Source: Opitutales bacterium (GTDB taxonomy: Bacteria > Verrucomicrobiota > Verrucomicrobiia > Opitutales > UBA953). From it: a DNA stretch of 64,000 bases. A program made the translations under genes and the position numbers. The stretch covers positions 1,022 through 65,021 of the forward strand of contig QYQK01000012.1 in the NCBI GenBank assembly GCA_007280935.1, in the 5' to 3' direction. The notes under the pieces are model-generated. The model saw only the letters and a list, made by a program, of their open reading frames with translations, did no database searches and was not told where the DNA came from. This document shows positions 22,014 to 30,926 of the stretch, piece by piece (the stretch's first letter is position 1; every line of letters starts with the position of its first letter).

Positions 22014-22952
22014 TCACCGACCAGCCTTTTGCCCCGAGGCGAGTAAGGTCTCAAATCCTGGTTCTTTGGGCTCCTTGGCCACCACGCGAACCTCCGAGTG
22101 CTGGAACCCCGCGGCTTCAAGCCAGTCGTGGAGGTCGTTTTCTTTGAATCCTAACCAGCGGTCCGCATAGAGTTCACGAGCTTTTTCAAAACGGTGGGCG
22201 CGGAGATCGAGTACGAGGAGCCTACCGCCCGGTTTAAGGATCCGGTAGGCCTCGCTTAAGGCTTTTCTGGGATTATCGGCGTGATGCAGGGCTTGACTGA
22301 GCAGCGCGAGATCGACGCTTCGATCGGCCAAGGGGACCTTCTCGATATCGCCGAGGACGTAGGTAAGATTGTTAAGATGTTCCTTTTTCGCCAAGGCCCG
22401 GCCTAGCTGGACCATGCGGGGGGAATTATCGATACAATGAACGCTTTCGGCACGGCGTGCGAGCAGTCGGGATAGGGTGCCGTCGCCGGCGCCCAGATCG
22501 GCGATCTTTACATGCGGTGCGAGCAAGAGAAGCATCTGTCCGATAGCCTCCCAGGATCTCCCGGGGCAGTAGTTGCGGCCGAGCCGATCCGCTACCAGGT
22601 TGAAATGTCGTTCCGCTTTTTGCCGCCGCTTTTGGATGATCCGTTGAAGGGAGCGTTGGTCGGCAGCGGTTTCGGGATCCTGAGCCGTGGCGGCGATGGC
22701 GGCCTCGATGAGTCGGCTTACGCCCGTCGGAAGATTGCGCGCGAGCGAGTAATAAGAATTTTTCCCATCTCGTCGGTCGTCGGCAAGTCCCGCTTTACGA
22801 AGGAGTGAAAGGTGCGTTGAAATACGCGACTGACGCATGCCGAGAATATCCTGAAGTTCGCCCACGGCCAGTTCGCCTCGGTTTAAAAGGAATAAAATCC
22901 TCGCCCGGGTGGGGTCGGCGAGTAGCCGGAGTGACTCCCAGGGGGTTGGCAT
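22014..22952 (-). CDS. ArsR-family HTH regulator fused to a SAM-dependent methyltransferase
   Basis: 312-aa ORF. The N-terminal ArsR wHTH is LLADPTRARILFLL...ELQDILGMRQSRISTHLSLLRKAGL. The C-terminal class I methyltransferase motif is IADLGAGDG. Confidence 0.8.
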   Translation of the reverse strand: MPTPWESLRLLADPTRARILFLLNRGELAVGELQDILGMRQSRISTHLSLLRKAGLADDRRDGKNSYYSLARNLPTGVSRLIEAAIAATAQDPETAADQRSLQRIIQKRRQKAERHFNLVADRLGRNYCPGRSWEAIGQMLLLLAPHVKIADLGAGDGTLSRLLARRAESVHCIDNSPRMVQLGRALAKKEHLNNLTYVLGDIEKVPLADRSVDLALLSQALHHADNPRKALSEAYRILKPGGRLLVLDLRAHRFEKARELYADRWLGFKENDLHDWLEAAGFQHSEVRVVAKEPKEPGFETLLASGQKAGR

Positions 22953-22984
22953 AGGAATTGATTAGGGGCGAACGGGCGGTGTGT

Positions 22985-23014
22985 CAAAAGAGGAAGCCCC
23001 GTTTCCGGGGCTTC
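22985..23014 (-). terminator. Intrinsic terminator after the GreA-like gene
   Basis: The hairpin GAAGCCCCG-tttc-CGGGGCTTC (22993-23014) is followed on the minus strand by CTCTTTTG, 22 nt downstream of the stop at 23036. Confidence 0.6.
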
Positions 23015-23035
23015 TTCGAGGGCATTTTATAAGGC

Positions 23036-24265
23036 TTATTTGCGCTTATCAATCCAGCGGGTAATCGTGATGACTTTCCACGTTTCAGCCTTGCCGTTGA
23101 TGTTGGTGATGAAGGTCTCGCTTGGCTTGTGGTTCAGGAACTGCTTCGCCAGCGGGGAAATGTAGGAAAGAATGTTCTCTTCCGGCTTACCGTCCCACGC
23201 ACCGAGAATGTCGTAGGTAATCTGGACTTGGTCGGAACCGCGTAAGAGGGTGACGGTTGAGCCAATGCTGATGGAGTCGACTTTGGCTTCTTTAAAGTCG
23301 GTGATGCGGGCCTTCTTTAAGACGGAGTCAAGTTCGGCGCGGCGGGCGGCGAGGGTGTCATGATCCTGACGGGCCATCTTGTACTCGGAATTTTCCTTAA
23401 GGTCGCCGTGCTCCTTGGCAATCTGGATGGCTTCCTTGATGGCAGGCAGACGGACTTTGACGATGTCCTCGAGCTCGCGCTCTTTCTCTTCTTTGCTGGC
23501 ATTGGAGACGACGAGTTCTTTTTCTTCAGCCTCGGTGTCGGTGTGCTTGGATTGGGCCAGACGTTGGACGTGTGGTTCGACCTTCGCCAAACGTGAAAGT
23601 AGCGCCTTCTTGGTCATCTGGTCGAACCCTTGGCTGCTCAGCATGGTGCGCGTCAGGTCGAAGATGGTTTCGCTATCGGTCTTCGGTCCGTTGGCCGGGA
23701 CCAAGATATCGGCGATCAGTTCGCGGTCCTTGATGAGTTCATTTGCCAGCGGGATACGGGCGGTCGAATTTGACTCGAGAGATTCGGTATCAACGGACGA
23801 GAGAATGGCGCCGAGCAACGAGGGATTGATGAGGCGGCTGACGATGTCGGCATACTTCTTCGAGGTGCGATTTTTGATAACCCAGATGATGACCGGAGCC
23901 CTTAGTTCGCGGGTCTCGAGCCACTGGGCGAAACGATTAGCCACTTGGGCGGAAAGTTCTTGGTCGCAGAGATAAGCGATGCATTCGGAGACTAATTTCG
24001 CCGAACCGCTCTTGGTGGTCCCGATGTCGCGATTGCGCAGCAGGTCGAAAGCACAGTCCGCCCAATTATCTCCGTGGTGTGCTCGGACGAGGTCCAACAG
24101 GCTACGAATTTTCTCGGTCGTGTGCGGGATGTTAAGCGCGATGAGCGCCAAGTCACTTTCAGAGCAAAGGGCGATGACGTCGGAGGCCGTTGGGCTGACG
24201 GTTTCAACGGTTTCGACGGCCGGACGGAAGAATTTATCTCGGTTCCAGATACCGCAGAGAATCAC
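23036..24265 (-). CDS. GreA/GreB-family C-terminal portion of a long GreA-like factor
   Basis: 409-aa ORF with only a GTG start and no ATG for about 216 codons. The C-terminus KEHGDLKENSEYKMARQD...SIGSTVTL...ISYISPLAKQFLNHK is GreA-like. It is in the same frame as ORF 24332..25033. Confidence 0.7.
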   Translation of the reverse strand: MILCGIWNRDKFFRPAVETVETVSPTASDVIALCSESDLALIALNIPHTTEKIRSLLDLVRAHHGDNWADCAFDLLRNRDIGTTKSGSAKLVSECIAYLCDQELSAQVANRFAQWLETRELRAPVIIWVIKNRTSKKYADIVSRLINPSLLGAILSSVDTESLESNSTARIPLANELIKDRELIADILVPANGPKTDSETIFDLTRTMLSSQGFDQMTKKALLSRLAKVEPHVQRLAQSKHTDTEAEEKELVVSNASKEEKERELEDIVKVRLPAIKEAIQIAKEHGDLKENSEYKMARQDHDTLAARRAELDSVLKKARITDFKEAKVDSISIGSTVTLLRGSDQVQITYDILGAWDGKPEENILSYISPLAKQFLNHKPSETFITNINGKAETWKVITITRWIDKRK

Positions 24266-24331
24266 CGGTAGATTATCGCGACGGCGGGCGGTGCTCAGAG
24301 CGTTGACGGCTTTGGCGAGGTCGGAAGAAAC

Positions 24332-25006
24332 TTAAGCCAGATTGGCTTCGTTGGCAGCCGAGCGGGTTTCGGCCGATGCGCTATCAGCGAGCTCTTCGAG
24401 GAGGGCTAATTTACGTTCAAGATTAGGGGCGCCTTCGTACTGAGCGAAGAGATCTTCGCCAACGTCCTGAGGAGCCACGAGAAGGGCGTAGAGCCCTCCT
24501 TTGCGTTCGGGAACGAGGACTGCACGATCCTTGCGCAGGACGGCACGTGCCTTGGTCCACCAAGCCTTGAAGGCAGCCGCACGATCCTTGCCGGCAGGGA
24601 GGGATGCGAAATGGACGCGCTCGAGGTTGGCTTCCAGAGCGTAAGAAGAGCTGGTTCCTGCTGGGCTCTCGTCGAGGAGTGCCTTGACGATTCCGGCGGG
24701 GTCATTGGCGACCATTCCGGCGATTTTTTCCTTAGTGTCGTCAGCGTAAGCCGATGCTACGGCACCATTTGGGTTAATAATCTCAATTTTACCGAGAAAG
24801 AAAGCAGCGTCCATCGCATGGGCTTTTTTATTCTGCTCCGGGAAGTCGACCGTGAAGCGTTTGGCGGCTTCGTCGTAGGCGCGGATGACGCCGATACCCC
24901 AGGCTTGGTGAAGGCAGAAGGCGGGCTGACCCGTTGCTACCCTGTCAATGGCGGCCTGCAGAGAGTTAATTTTACCACCTTGTGGGTTAGGGACCTTGTT
25001 GCTCAT
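24332..25006 (-). CDS. N-terminal portion of the long GreA-like factor, ending at an in-frame TAA
   Basis: ORF 24332..25033 with an ATG at 25006. FCLHQAWGIGVIRAYDE weakly resembles a CarD/TRCF RNAP-interacting Tudor-like motif. The TAA at 24332-24334 is in frame with the downstream ORF. Confidence 0.6.
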   Translation of the reverse strand: MSNKVPNPQGGKINSLQAAIDRVATGQPAFCLHQAWGIGVIRAYDEAAKRFTVDFPEQNKKAHAMDAAFFLGKIEIINPNGAVASAYADDTKEKIAGMVANDPAGIVKALLDESPAGTSSSYALEANLERVHFASLPAGKDRAAAFKAWWTKARAVLRKDRAVLVPERKGGLYALLVAPQDVGEDLFAQYEGAPNLERKLALLEELADSASAETRSAANEANLA

Positions 25007-25106
25007 TGCAAAAATTGGTTTTGGGGATAACAATTCTCACTTGCAAGCAGGAAGGCTGAGGGCTTTGGGGTCTATTGACCTTAAGTCCGAACCTCGACTC
25101 TCACAC

Positions 25107-26243
25107 ATGGCATTTAAGCCCGAAAAGCCCTCAATTCACGGTGAAACCCCAGAGACCCTGGGGGTACGATTGGTCGAGGGCGGGCACCCCCGGTACCGAG
25201 CGGCTCAGGTATTTGAATGGATTTACCCCCGCCGAGCTGAAAAAGCGGATAAGATGACCAATTTACCAGCTAATTTAAGGGCCTGGTTGGCAGAAAACTA
25301 TGATTTTGAGGCCACGGAGGTTATGGGGCGCCAAACGGCTTTGGACGTGACCCAAAAGCTGCTGCAACGCCTTCGCGACGGATCGCTGATCGAAACGGTC
25401 ATCATCCGGGCGCCCATGGAGGGGGTAGGCCAGGATAAGTCCCGGCGAACCATCTGCATTTCCACCCAGGTGGGCTGTGCCTACGGCTGCAAGTTTTGCG
25501 CATCAGGCTTAGAGGGCTGGAAGCGAGATCTTTCCGTAGGTGAAATCGTTTCGCAGCTTGTTCAGGTCTGTCGCATCGAAGATCAGGCGGATCCAGCCCG
25601 GGCCGCGGAAGGCTTGGCATCATTTGATAACATCGTGGTGATGGGCATGGGCGAGCCCTTGGCGAATTACGACAACCTGATGGCCGCTTTACGCATCGTG
25701 AATGCGGCCTGGGGTTTCGGTTTTGGCGCACGCCGCGTGACTATTTCGACTTCGGGGGTCGTGCCTAAGATTCTTAAACTCGCCGAGGAGCCTGAGGGTT
25801 TTCGCCTCGCAATCAGTCTCCACGGCGCGACGAACGAGGTCCGGGAAAAAATCATGCCGGTGAACAAAAAATATCCGTTGGAGGAATTGGTGCCAGCCGC
25901 CAAGGCTTTCGCACGGAAGCACGGACGGATGCTCACGCTCGAATTTATTTTGATTGAAGACATTAACGACATGCTGGAACAGGCTCGGAAATTAGCCGTG
26001 ATTGCCCGTGAGTTACATGCCCACGTTAACTTGATTCCGTATAACAAAGTCGAGGGATTACCCTGGGTGCGCCCCTCTTTGACACGCCAAGACCGCTTTG
26101 TGAAGGAGCTCCGGGCGTTGGGCGTGACGGCGACTTTACGCCGGGAAAAAGGGCATGATATCGATGCCGCCTGCGGCCAGTTGCGCTTGCAAAAGGAGAA
26201 AGAAGCCGTCCGGAACGGACCGACGCCTCCCGCTGCGGCTTAG
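25107..26243 (+). CDS. rlmN: 23S rRNA/tRNA (adenine-C2)-methyltransferase RlmN
   Basis: ORF 24948..26243 with an ATG at 25107. It has YRAAQVFEWIY and the radical-SAM cluster motif GCAYGCKFC. Confidence 0.9.
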   Translation: MAFKPEKPSIHGETPETLGVRLVEGGHPRYRAAQVFEWIYPRRAEKADKMTNLPANLRAWLAENYDFEATEVMGRQTALDVTQKLLQRLRDGSLIETVIIRAPMEGVGQDKSRRTICISTQVGCAYGCKFCASGLEGWKRDLSVGEIVSQLVQVCRIEDQADPARAAEGLASFDNIVVMGMGEPLANYDNLMAALRIVNAAWGFGFGARRVTISTSGVVPKILKLAEEPEGFRLAISLHGATNEVREKIMPVNKKYPLEELVPAAKAFARKHGRMLTLEFILIEDINDMLEQARKLAVIARELHAHVNLIPYNKVEGLPWVRPSLTRQDRFVKELRALGVTATLRREKGHDIDAACGQLRLQKEKEAVRNGPTPPAAA

Positions 26244-26890
26244 GCTGACAGGGACGACACGAAAGCCTTGGGATCGGCCGCCTTGAAGAAGGCCGTACCT
26301 GCGACCAAGGTGTCGGCCCCCGCGTCTCGACACTGCTTGCCGGTGATCGCGTTGATTCCGCCATCGACTTCGAGGCGATAATTTAAGCCTCGCTGACGTC
26401 GCTCGAGATCAAAGAATTTAATGCTCTCGAGGGCGGAGGGAATGAAAGCCTGTCCGCCGAAGCCCGGGAATACCGTCATGCAAAGCACAAGGTCAACGGA
26501 ATCGAGGTAGGGCAGTAAGCGCCGAGGGTCGGCGTCGGGATTCATCGCGATACCTGCGGACACACCGGCGTTTTTGATCGCCGCGATTGTCTTGGCCACG
26601 TCGTGATCGGCCTCTACGTGAACGGTCAGGCGATTGGCTCCGACTTTGACGAAAGCGTCCACGAAGCGATCGGGATTCGTGAGCATCAGGTGTACGTCGA
26701 AGAATAACTTCGATTGCGGTCGAAGATCCGCGACGACTTGTGGGCCGAAGCTGATATTGGGCACAAAGTGCCCGTCCATGATGTCGAGGTGGACCCAAGC
26801 AAGCTCGGCCGCCTCAATCGTGCGCAGTCCTTGCAGAAATTCGCCGTGATTAGCGGCGAGCAAGGAGGGGGCGACGACGGGGGCGTTCAT
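26240..26890 (-). CDS. rpe: Ribulose-phosphate 3-epimerase
   Basis: 216-aa ORF with the VHLDIMDGHFVPNISFGP motif. Confidence 0.95.
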   Translation of the reverse strand: MNAPVVAPSLLAANHGEFLQGLRTIEAAELAWVHLDIMDGHFVPNISFGPQVVADLRPQSKLFFDVHLMLTNPDRFVDAFVKVGANRLTVHVEADHDVAKTIAAIKNAGVSAGIAMNPDADPRRLLPYLDSVDLVLCMTVFPGFGGQAFIPSALESIKFFDLERRQRGLNYRLEVDGGINAITGKQCRDAGADTLVAGTAFFKAADPKAFVSSLSA

Positions 26891-26892
26891 GA

Positions 26893-27381
26893 TTACCAGG
26901 CCGTGGTGGCGGCTTCTCTGATTTGGGCCGCAATATCCGCAAAGAGCGAAGGGCCTAGGCTAAGCTCTTCGGCGGTAGAATCGCCCTTCGGTTGAAAAGT
27001 TACGCCCGCGGAGAAATCTCGGTCTTTAAAGAGCACGCGCTTTCCGCCATCCGTGGTCAAAGTGCAGCGCACGATGAAAGTCACCCGATAGGTAGAGATG
27101 AGGAAGGCGTCGGTGGAGTTGGCGGTCTGGCCTTCGCGTTTATATTGAGTGACTTCGGTGGTGAGCACGGCTTGGCCTGGGCCAATTTTGATGCGAGGGT
27201 CACCCGAGAGCGCTTCCAGGAGTTTTTCTTGCAAAACCGCGTGGGTTCCAGGGCGGGAGGTCGAATTGCGAATGGGTGCGACTTCGATGCGCGTGAACGC
27301 GGGTTTTGGTCCGCCCAGCCGGTATGAAGAACAGGCCGTGAGTAATCCGAAGCTAAGAATGAAGAGCCAGCGCGCCATCAT
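26893..27381 (-). CDS. LptE-like outer-membrane lipoprotein (tentative)
   Basis: 162-aa ORF. It has the lipobox LLTAC followed by SSYRLGG, compared with CGWHLR in E. coli LptE. Its size and beta-rich pattern fit LptE. Assigned from memory only. Confidence 0.5.
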   Translation of the reverse strand: MMARWLFILSFGLLTACSSYRLGGPKPAFTRIEVAPIRNSTSRPGTHAVLQEKLLEALSGDPRIKIGPGQAVLTTEVTQYKREGQTANSTDAFLISTYRVTFIVRCTLTTDGGKRVLFKDRDFSAGVTFQPKGDSTAEELSLGPSLFADIAAQIREAATTAW

Positions 27382-28499
27382 CGACGTTCGTTTTCGGTGG
27401 CAGTTCGGGGGGCTTCTTTTTTAAAGCCTAAGGAATCAAGGTCACTACTGAGGGTGGTCGGGGTTGCATCGTTGGCCATACGTGGTCTTGGGTAGGTGCC
27501 CAAGAGTCGGTCGGCGATGGTCTTTGGCGGGGTTGGGTTCTTTTGGATTTCGGCCAAGAGCGCTTCGGCATCTTTGGCGGCTGGAGATTCGGGGGCTAGA
27601 CTTAGGCAGGCATTGGCCATGAGCTTGGCCGCTTCCGGGTTGTTATGTTTAAGCCAATAAAATTGGGCTAAATTAAGTCGAGCGCGGGCGGCACGATCAC
27701 GAAGTAGGTGGATTTGTTCGGGTGCTTGTTTCGTGCGCTTATCGTTGGGAAACTGATCTGCCAGCGTGCGCCAATGGTCAGCCGCTTCGATCGTGGAGGC
27801 CTGATCCCAATCGGCCCCCATGGATTCGTGCGCACGTATTTTGGCCAACGCTTCGAGGGCTTCGGGTAAGAATTTTGAAGACGGATAATCGCTGACCAAT
27901 CGTTCCAAGGCTTCTTCGGCTTTGGAGGCTATCTCGAGTTCGATGGCGAGACGAGCGCTCTTGATCAATGACTGGTCGGCCAGCGGCCCGTTGGGCGCCA
28001 GGCGTAAAGTCTTCTGCCAATAGGTGAAAGCGCTTGCGGGGTCTTTAAACCATGGGAACCAGCCCCCTAAGTAAAGTCGTTCGCCACTTCCAATCCGATT
28101 GGCGATTTCGAATTGTAATTGGACGGCATCCTGGAATTTGGAAAAACTTGAATGACGGGCGTAGATGGCGTCGATTAGTTCGGTTGCCATTTCGAAGCGA
28201 CCTTGCTGCGTGTAGATGCGAGCTTGCTCGAGCATGGCCAAGGCTTCGGCGGGATTACCGCGATTGGCTTCCGCGACCAAGCCCCACGACTTGAGGGCGG
28301 CGCTTTGTTCGCCGGAATCATTCGCACTGGAGGCAATGTCCATCGCGATTAAGACGACGGTCATCCGCTCCGCCGGGGTGATTTCGGGTGGCGTACCTGC
28401 CTTGACTTGCCAGTGTCCGTCTTGACGGATGAATTCCGCCGAGGCGGAGGCAGCCAGCAAGAGAGCGGCAGAATAAAAGGTTTTAGAGAGTAGGTTCAT
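27378..28499 (-). CDS. Secreted TPR protein, BamD/YbgF-like (tentative)
   Basis: ORF 27378..28700. The ATG at 28499 gives the signal peptide MNLLSKTFYSAALLLAASASA. The LVSDYPSSKFLPEALEALAKI-type repeats resemble BamD/CpoB. It has an ATGA overlap with the LptE-like gene. Confidence 0.5.
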   Translation of the reverse strand: MNLLSKTFYSAALLLAASASAEFIRQDGHWQVKAGTPPEITPAERMTVVLIAMDIASSANDSGEQSAALKSWGLVAEANRGNPAEALAMLEQARIYTQQGRFEMATELIDAIYARHSSFSKFQDAVQLQFEIANRIGSGERLYLGGWFPWFKDPASAFTYWQKTLRLAPNGPLADQSLIKSARLAIELEIASKAEEALERLVSDYPSSKFLPEALEALAKIRAHESMGADWDQASTIEAADHWRTLADQFPNDKRTKQAPEQIHLLRDRAARARLNLAQFYWLKHNNPEAAKLMANACLSLAPESPAAKDAEALLAEIQKNPTPPKTIADRLLGTYPRPRMANDATPTTLSSDLDSLGFKKEAPRTATENERR

Positions 28500-29496
28500 G
28501 CCAGCGAAGGAGGGTTGCGCCCCAGGTGAGGCCCGCACCGAAAGCAACCAAGAGGACAAGGTCGCCGTGTTTAATCTTACCATCACGCCAAGCTTCTTCC
28601 AGGGCGAGGGGAATCGATGCCGCTGACGTATTGCCGTAGCGGTCGAGGTTGAAGGGGAATCGCTCCATGCCCACGTTAAGCTGATTGGCGACGGCTTCAA
28701 CGATGCGAATGTTGGCTTGGTGGGGGATGAACCAAGCCACCTGATTGGAGGTGACGTCGCATTTGGCCAGGACGCGCTCGCAAGACTCGGCCATCACCCG
28801 GACGGCGAGGCGAAAGACTTCTTTGCCATTCATCCGCAGGAAATGTTTTCCGTCGCGTAAGGTTTCCGCGCTAGCAGGGTTCGCCGAGCCGCCCGCCACG
28901 CAATGAAGTAGTTCGGCGTTTGTGCCGTCGGCACCCAAAACATTGCCGAGAATGCCAACTCTTTTGACGTTGGTGGCTTCCAGAATGGCAGCCCCGGCGC
29001 CATCCCCAAAAAGCACGCAGGTCGTCCGGTCTTTCCAGTCTACGACGCTCGATAACTTTTCAGCCCCGATGACGAGGACGTGGCGATAGGCTCCGGATCG
29101 CATCATGTCAGTGCCGACTTGGAGCGCATAAACAAAGCCCGAACAAGCTGCTGAAATATCAAAGCAGGGAATGTCGCGGCGAAGCCCCAGCTTGGCCTGA
29201 AGGAGGCACGCGGTGGACGGGAAGGGGACATCGGGTGTCATCGTGGCGACGATGAGCAGATCGATATCTTCGGCTTTGAGTCGGGCGCGCTCTAAAGCTT
29301 TGGCCGCAGCTTTGGCTCCCATGTCAGAAGGGTTTTCGCCCGGACCAGCGATTCGTCGTTCCGCGATGCCTGACCGGCTTTTGATCCAATCATCGGAGGT
29401 TTCCACCATGAGCGAAAGTTCCGCGTTGGTGAGTTTTCGCTCGGGTGCGTGCACGCCGATAGCCCTGATAAAGACTGAAAGCTCGGCGCTGTTCAT
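28483..29496 (-). CDS. fabH: 3-oxoacyl-ACP synthase III
   Basis: 337-aa ORF. It has the active-site context DISAACSGFVYAL and the HQAN and GAGLTWG motifs. Confidence 0.9.
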   Translation of the reverse strand: MNSAELSVFIRAIGVHAPERKLTNAELSLMVETSDDWIKSRSGIAERRIAGPGENPSDMGAKAAAKALERARLKAEDIDLLIVATMTPDVPFPSTACLLQAKLGLRRDIPCFDISAACSGFVYALQVGTDMMRSGAYRHVLVIGAEKLSSVVDWKDRTTCVLFGDGAGAAILEATNVKRVGILGNVLGADGTNAELLHCVAGGSANPASAETLRDGKHFLRMNGKEVFRLAVRVMAESCERVLAKCDVTSNQVAWFIPHQANIRIVEAVANQLNVGMERFPFNLDRYGNTSAASIPLALEEAWRDGKIKHGDLVLLVAFGAGLTWGATLLRWHEPTL

Positions 29497-29544
29497 CGAG
29501 GACTTGAGGTAAGACCCGAAGACGGGAAAGGAAACACTAAAACC

Positions 29545-30615
29545 TCAGACTTCCTCAGGGGTGGCCGAAATCACCTTATTTGCCTCTGCGAGAGCCGATT
29601 GCATCTGTTTTCCGGCCCCATGACCCAGGGCTTCAAGGCCAAGTCGGATGGCGCTGACAATGCCCTGGCGGTTGCTGGAGCCGTGGGCCTTCATGACCAA
29701 GCCGTTAAGTCCGAGCAGAGGGGCTCCGCCGTAGCGCTCTGGCTTAAGTTTACCTTTTAATTCTCGGACTAAAGGGAACATGGCAATACCGCCGGCCATG
29801 TAGACCGGATTACGCATGACTTTATTGCCGACCAGTTCGCGGAGCATGTAGACCAAACCCTCCAAAGTCTTTAGAATGACATTGCCTGTAAAGCCGTCGG
29901 TGACGACGACGTCGCACGCATCGCCAAACATATCGAAACCTTCGACCGGCCCGATATAATTGATGCTCGAGCCCATGGCCTTCAAAAGATTGTGGGTACG
30001 GTTAATGCGGGCGCCGCCTTTGCCTTCTTCCGTTCCCACGGTCAGAAGACCGATGCGCGGATGGGCGATACCTAGGGAGCTTTGGGCGTAAATCGAACCA
30101 AGGATGGCATTATGCACCAGGTGTTCCGGCGTCGCTTCGGGATTGGCGCCAACGTCGAGCAGGACAAAGTGACCTTCCCGACGAGGCATAATCGCCGCCA
30201 AGGCGGGGCGCTCGGCGCCTTCCATGGTCCGGACTTTGATTGTTCCGGCGGCAACGAGGGCCTTGGTATTACCCGTCGAAACTACGGCATCAACTTCTCC
30301 GATTTTAAGTAAATCAAGGGCGATCACCATCGATGAATCGCGCTTAGATTTCAGGACCGTCATGGGCGCGTCTTCGGGGCCCACGATGGTGGGCGCATGC
30401 TTAAAGATGACGCGGGGCGATTTTAGATTACGGTGCTCCATCGCCAAGAGGCGCAAATTGTCTTCGTTGCCGACGAGCACCAGGGTGTCGTCAGGACCGA
30501 TGACACCTTCTCTAAGGGCCAAGGCGGCGGCGGCGACGGCTTCCGAAGGGCCAAGATCACCGCCCATGCAGTCGAGGGCAATCCGGTGGCCTTTCTTCGG
30601 AGTGGCTTCGCTCAT
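29545..30615 (-). CDS. plsX: Phosphate acyltransferase PlsX
   Basis: ORF 29545..30627 (TTG) with an ATG at 30615. It has the IALDCMGGD motif and sits in the canonical rpmF-plsX-fabH order. Confidence 0.9.
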   Translation of the reverse strand: MSEATPKKGHRIALDCMGGDLGPSEAVAAAALALREGVIGPDDTLVLVGNEDNLRLLAMEHRNLKSPRVIFKHAPTIVGPEDAPMTVLKSKRDSSMVIALDLLKIGEVDAVVSTGNTKALVAAGTIKVRTMEGAERPALAAIMPRREGHFVLLDVGANPEATPEHLVHNAILGSIYAQSSLGIAHPRIGLLTVGTEEGKGGARINRTHNLLKAMGSSINYIGPVEGFDMFGDACDVVVTDGFTGNVILKTLEGLVYMLRELVGNKVMRNPVYMAGGIAMFPLVRELKGKLKPERYGGAPLLGLNGLVMKAHGSSNRQGIVSAIRLGLEALGHGAGKQMQSALAEANKVISATPEEV

Positions 30616-30642
30616 GGGTGCGGGCAAGGCCCGTAAACCAAC

Positions 30643-30822
30643 TTATGCGCTGGCGTCGAGGACCTGGCGACCACGGTACTTGCCCGTGGTGGGGTCAACG
30701 CGATGCGAGCGACGAAGCGCACCGGATTCGGTGTCGCGAACGAGCTTAGGAGCACGGAATTGGTTAGCGCCCCGACGAAGACGGCTGCGGCGTTTGGACT
30801 GTTTGCGTTTCGGGTTGGCCAT
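30643..30822 (-). CDS. rpmF: 50S ribosomal protein L32
   Basis: Not in the ORF track because it is 59 aa. My own translation is MANPKRKQSKRRSRLRRGANQFRAPKLVRDTESGALRRSHRVDPTTGKYRGRQVLDASA*, ATG to TAA, directly upstream of plsX. Confidence 0.9.
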   Translation of the reverse strand: MANPKRKQSKRRSRLRRGANQFRAPKLVRDTESGALRRSHRVDPTTGKYRGRQVLDASA

Positions 30823-30926
30823 GGTTCTACGCTGGGTTGAGGGTTGGTTCTACCCCTCAACCCCCTTCGGTCAAGCCCCCTTTCCATTCCCTTGCTCTTA
30901 GTTGTCACTTTCTTTGGATTAAGCCC

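Noticed and set aside
22993-23014. Shared stem sequence GAAGCCCCGG...CCGGGGCTTC, also at 54660-54683 and similar at 49589-49610, considered as a REP-like dispersed repeat family
   Set aside because: The identity is limited to 9-10 nt GC-rich stems with different loops. Each is positioned just after a stop codon with a U-tract. They are best explained as independent intrinsic terminators.
24332-24334. Possibility that TAA is a sense codon (alternative genetic code), explaining the interrupted GreA-like gene
   Set aside because: TAA clearly terminates other conserved genes at their expected lengths in this window, including rpmF, mutL, glyQS, nadE and exbD. Reassignment is therefore not supported.
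30224-30901. 225-aa plus-strand ORF spanning plsX and rpmF
   Set aside because: It is antisense to two confidently identified genes and crosses their intergenic spacer. Its composition is R/S/A/P-rich.
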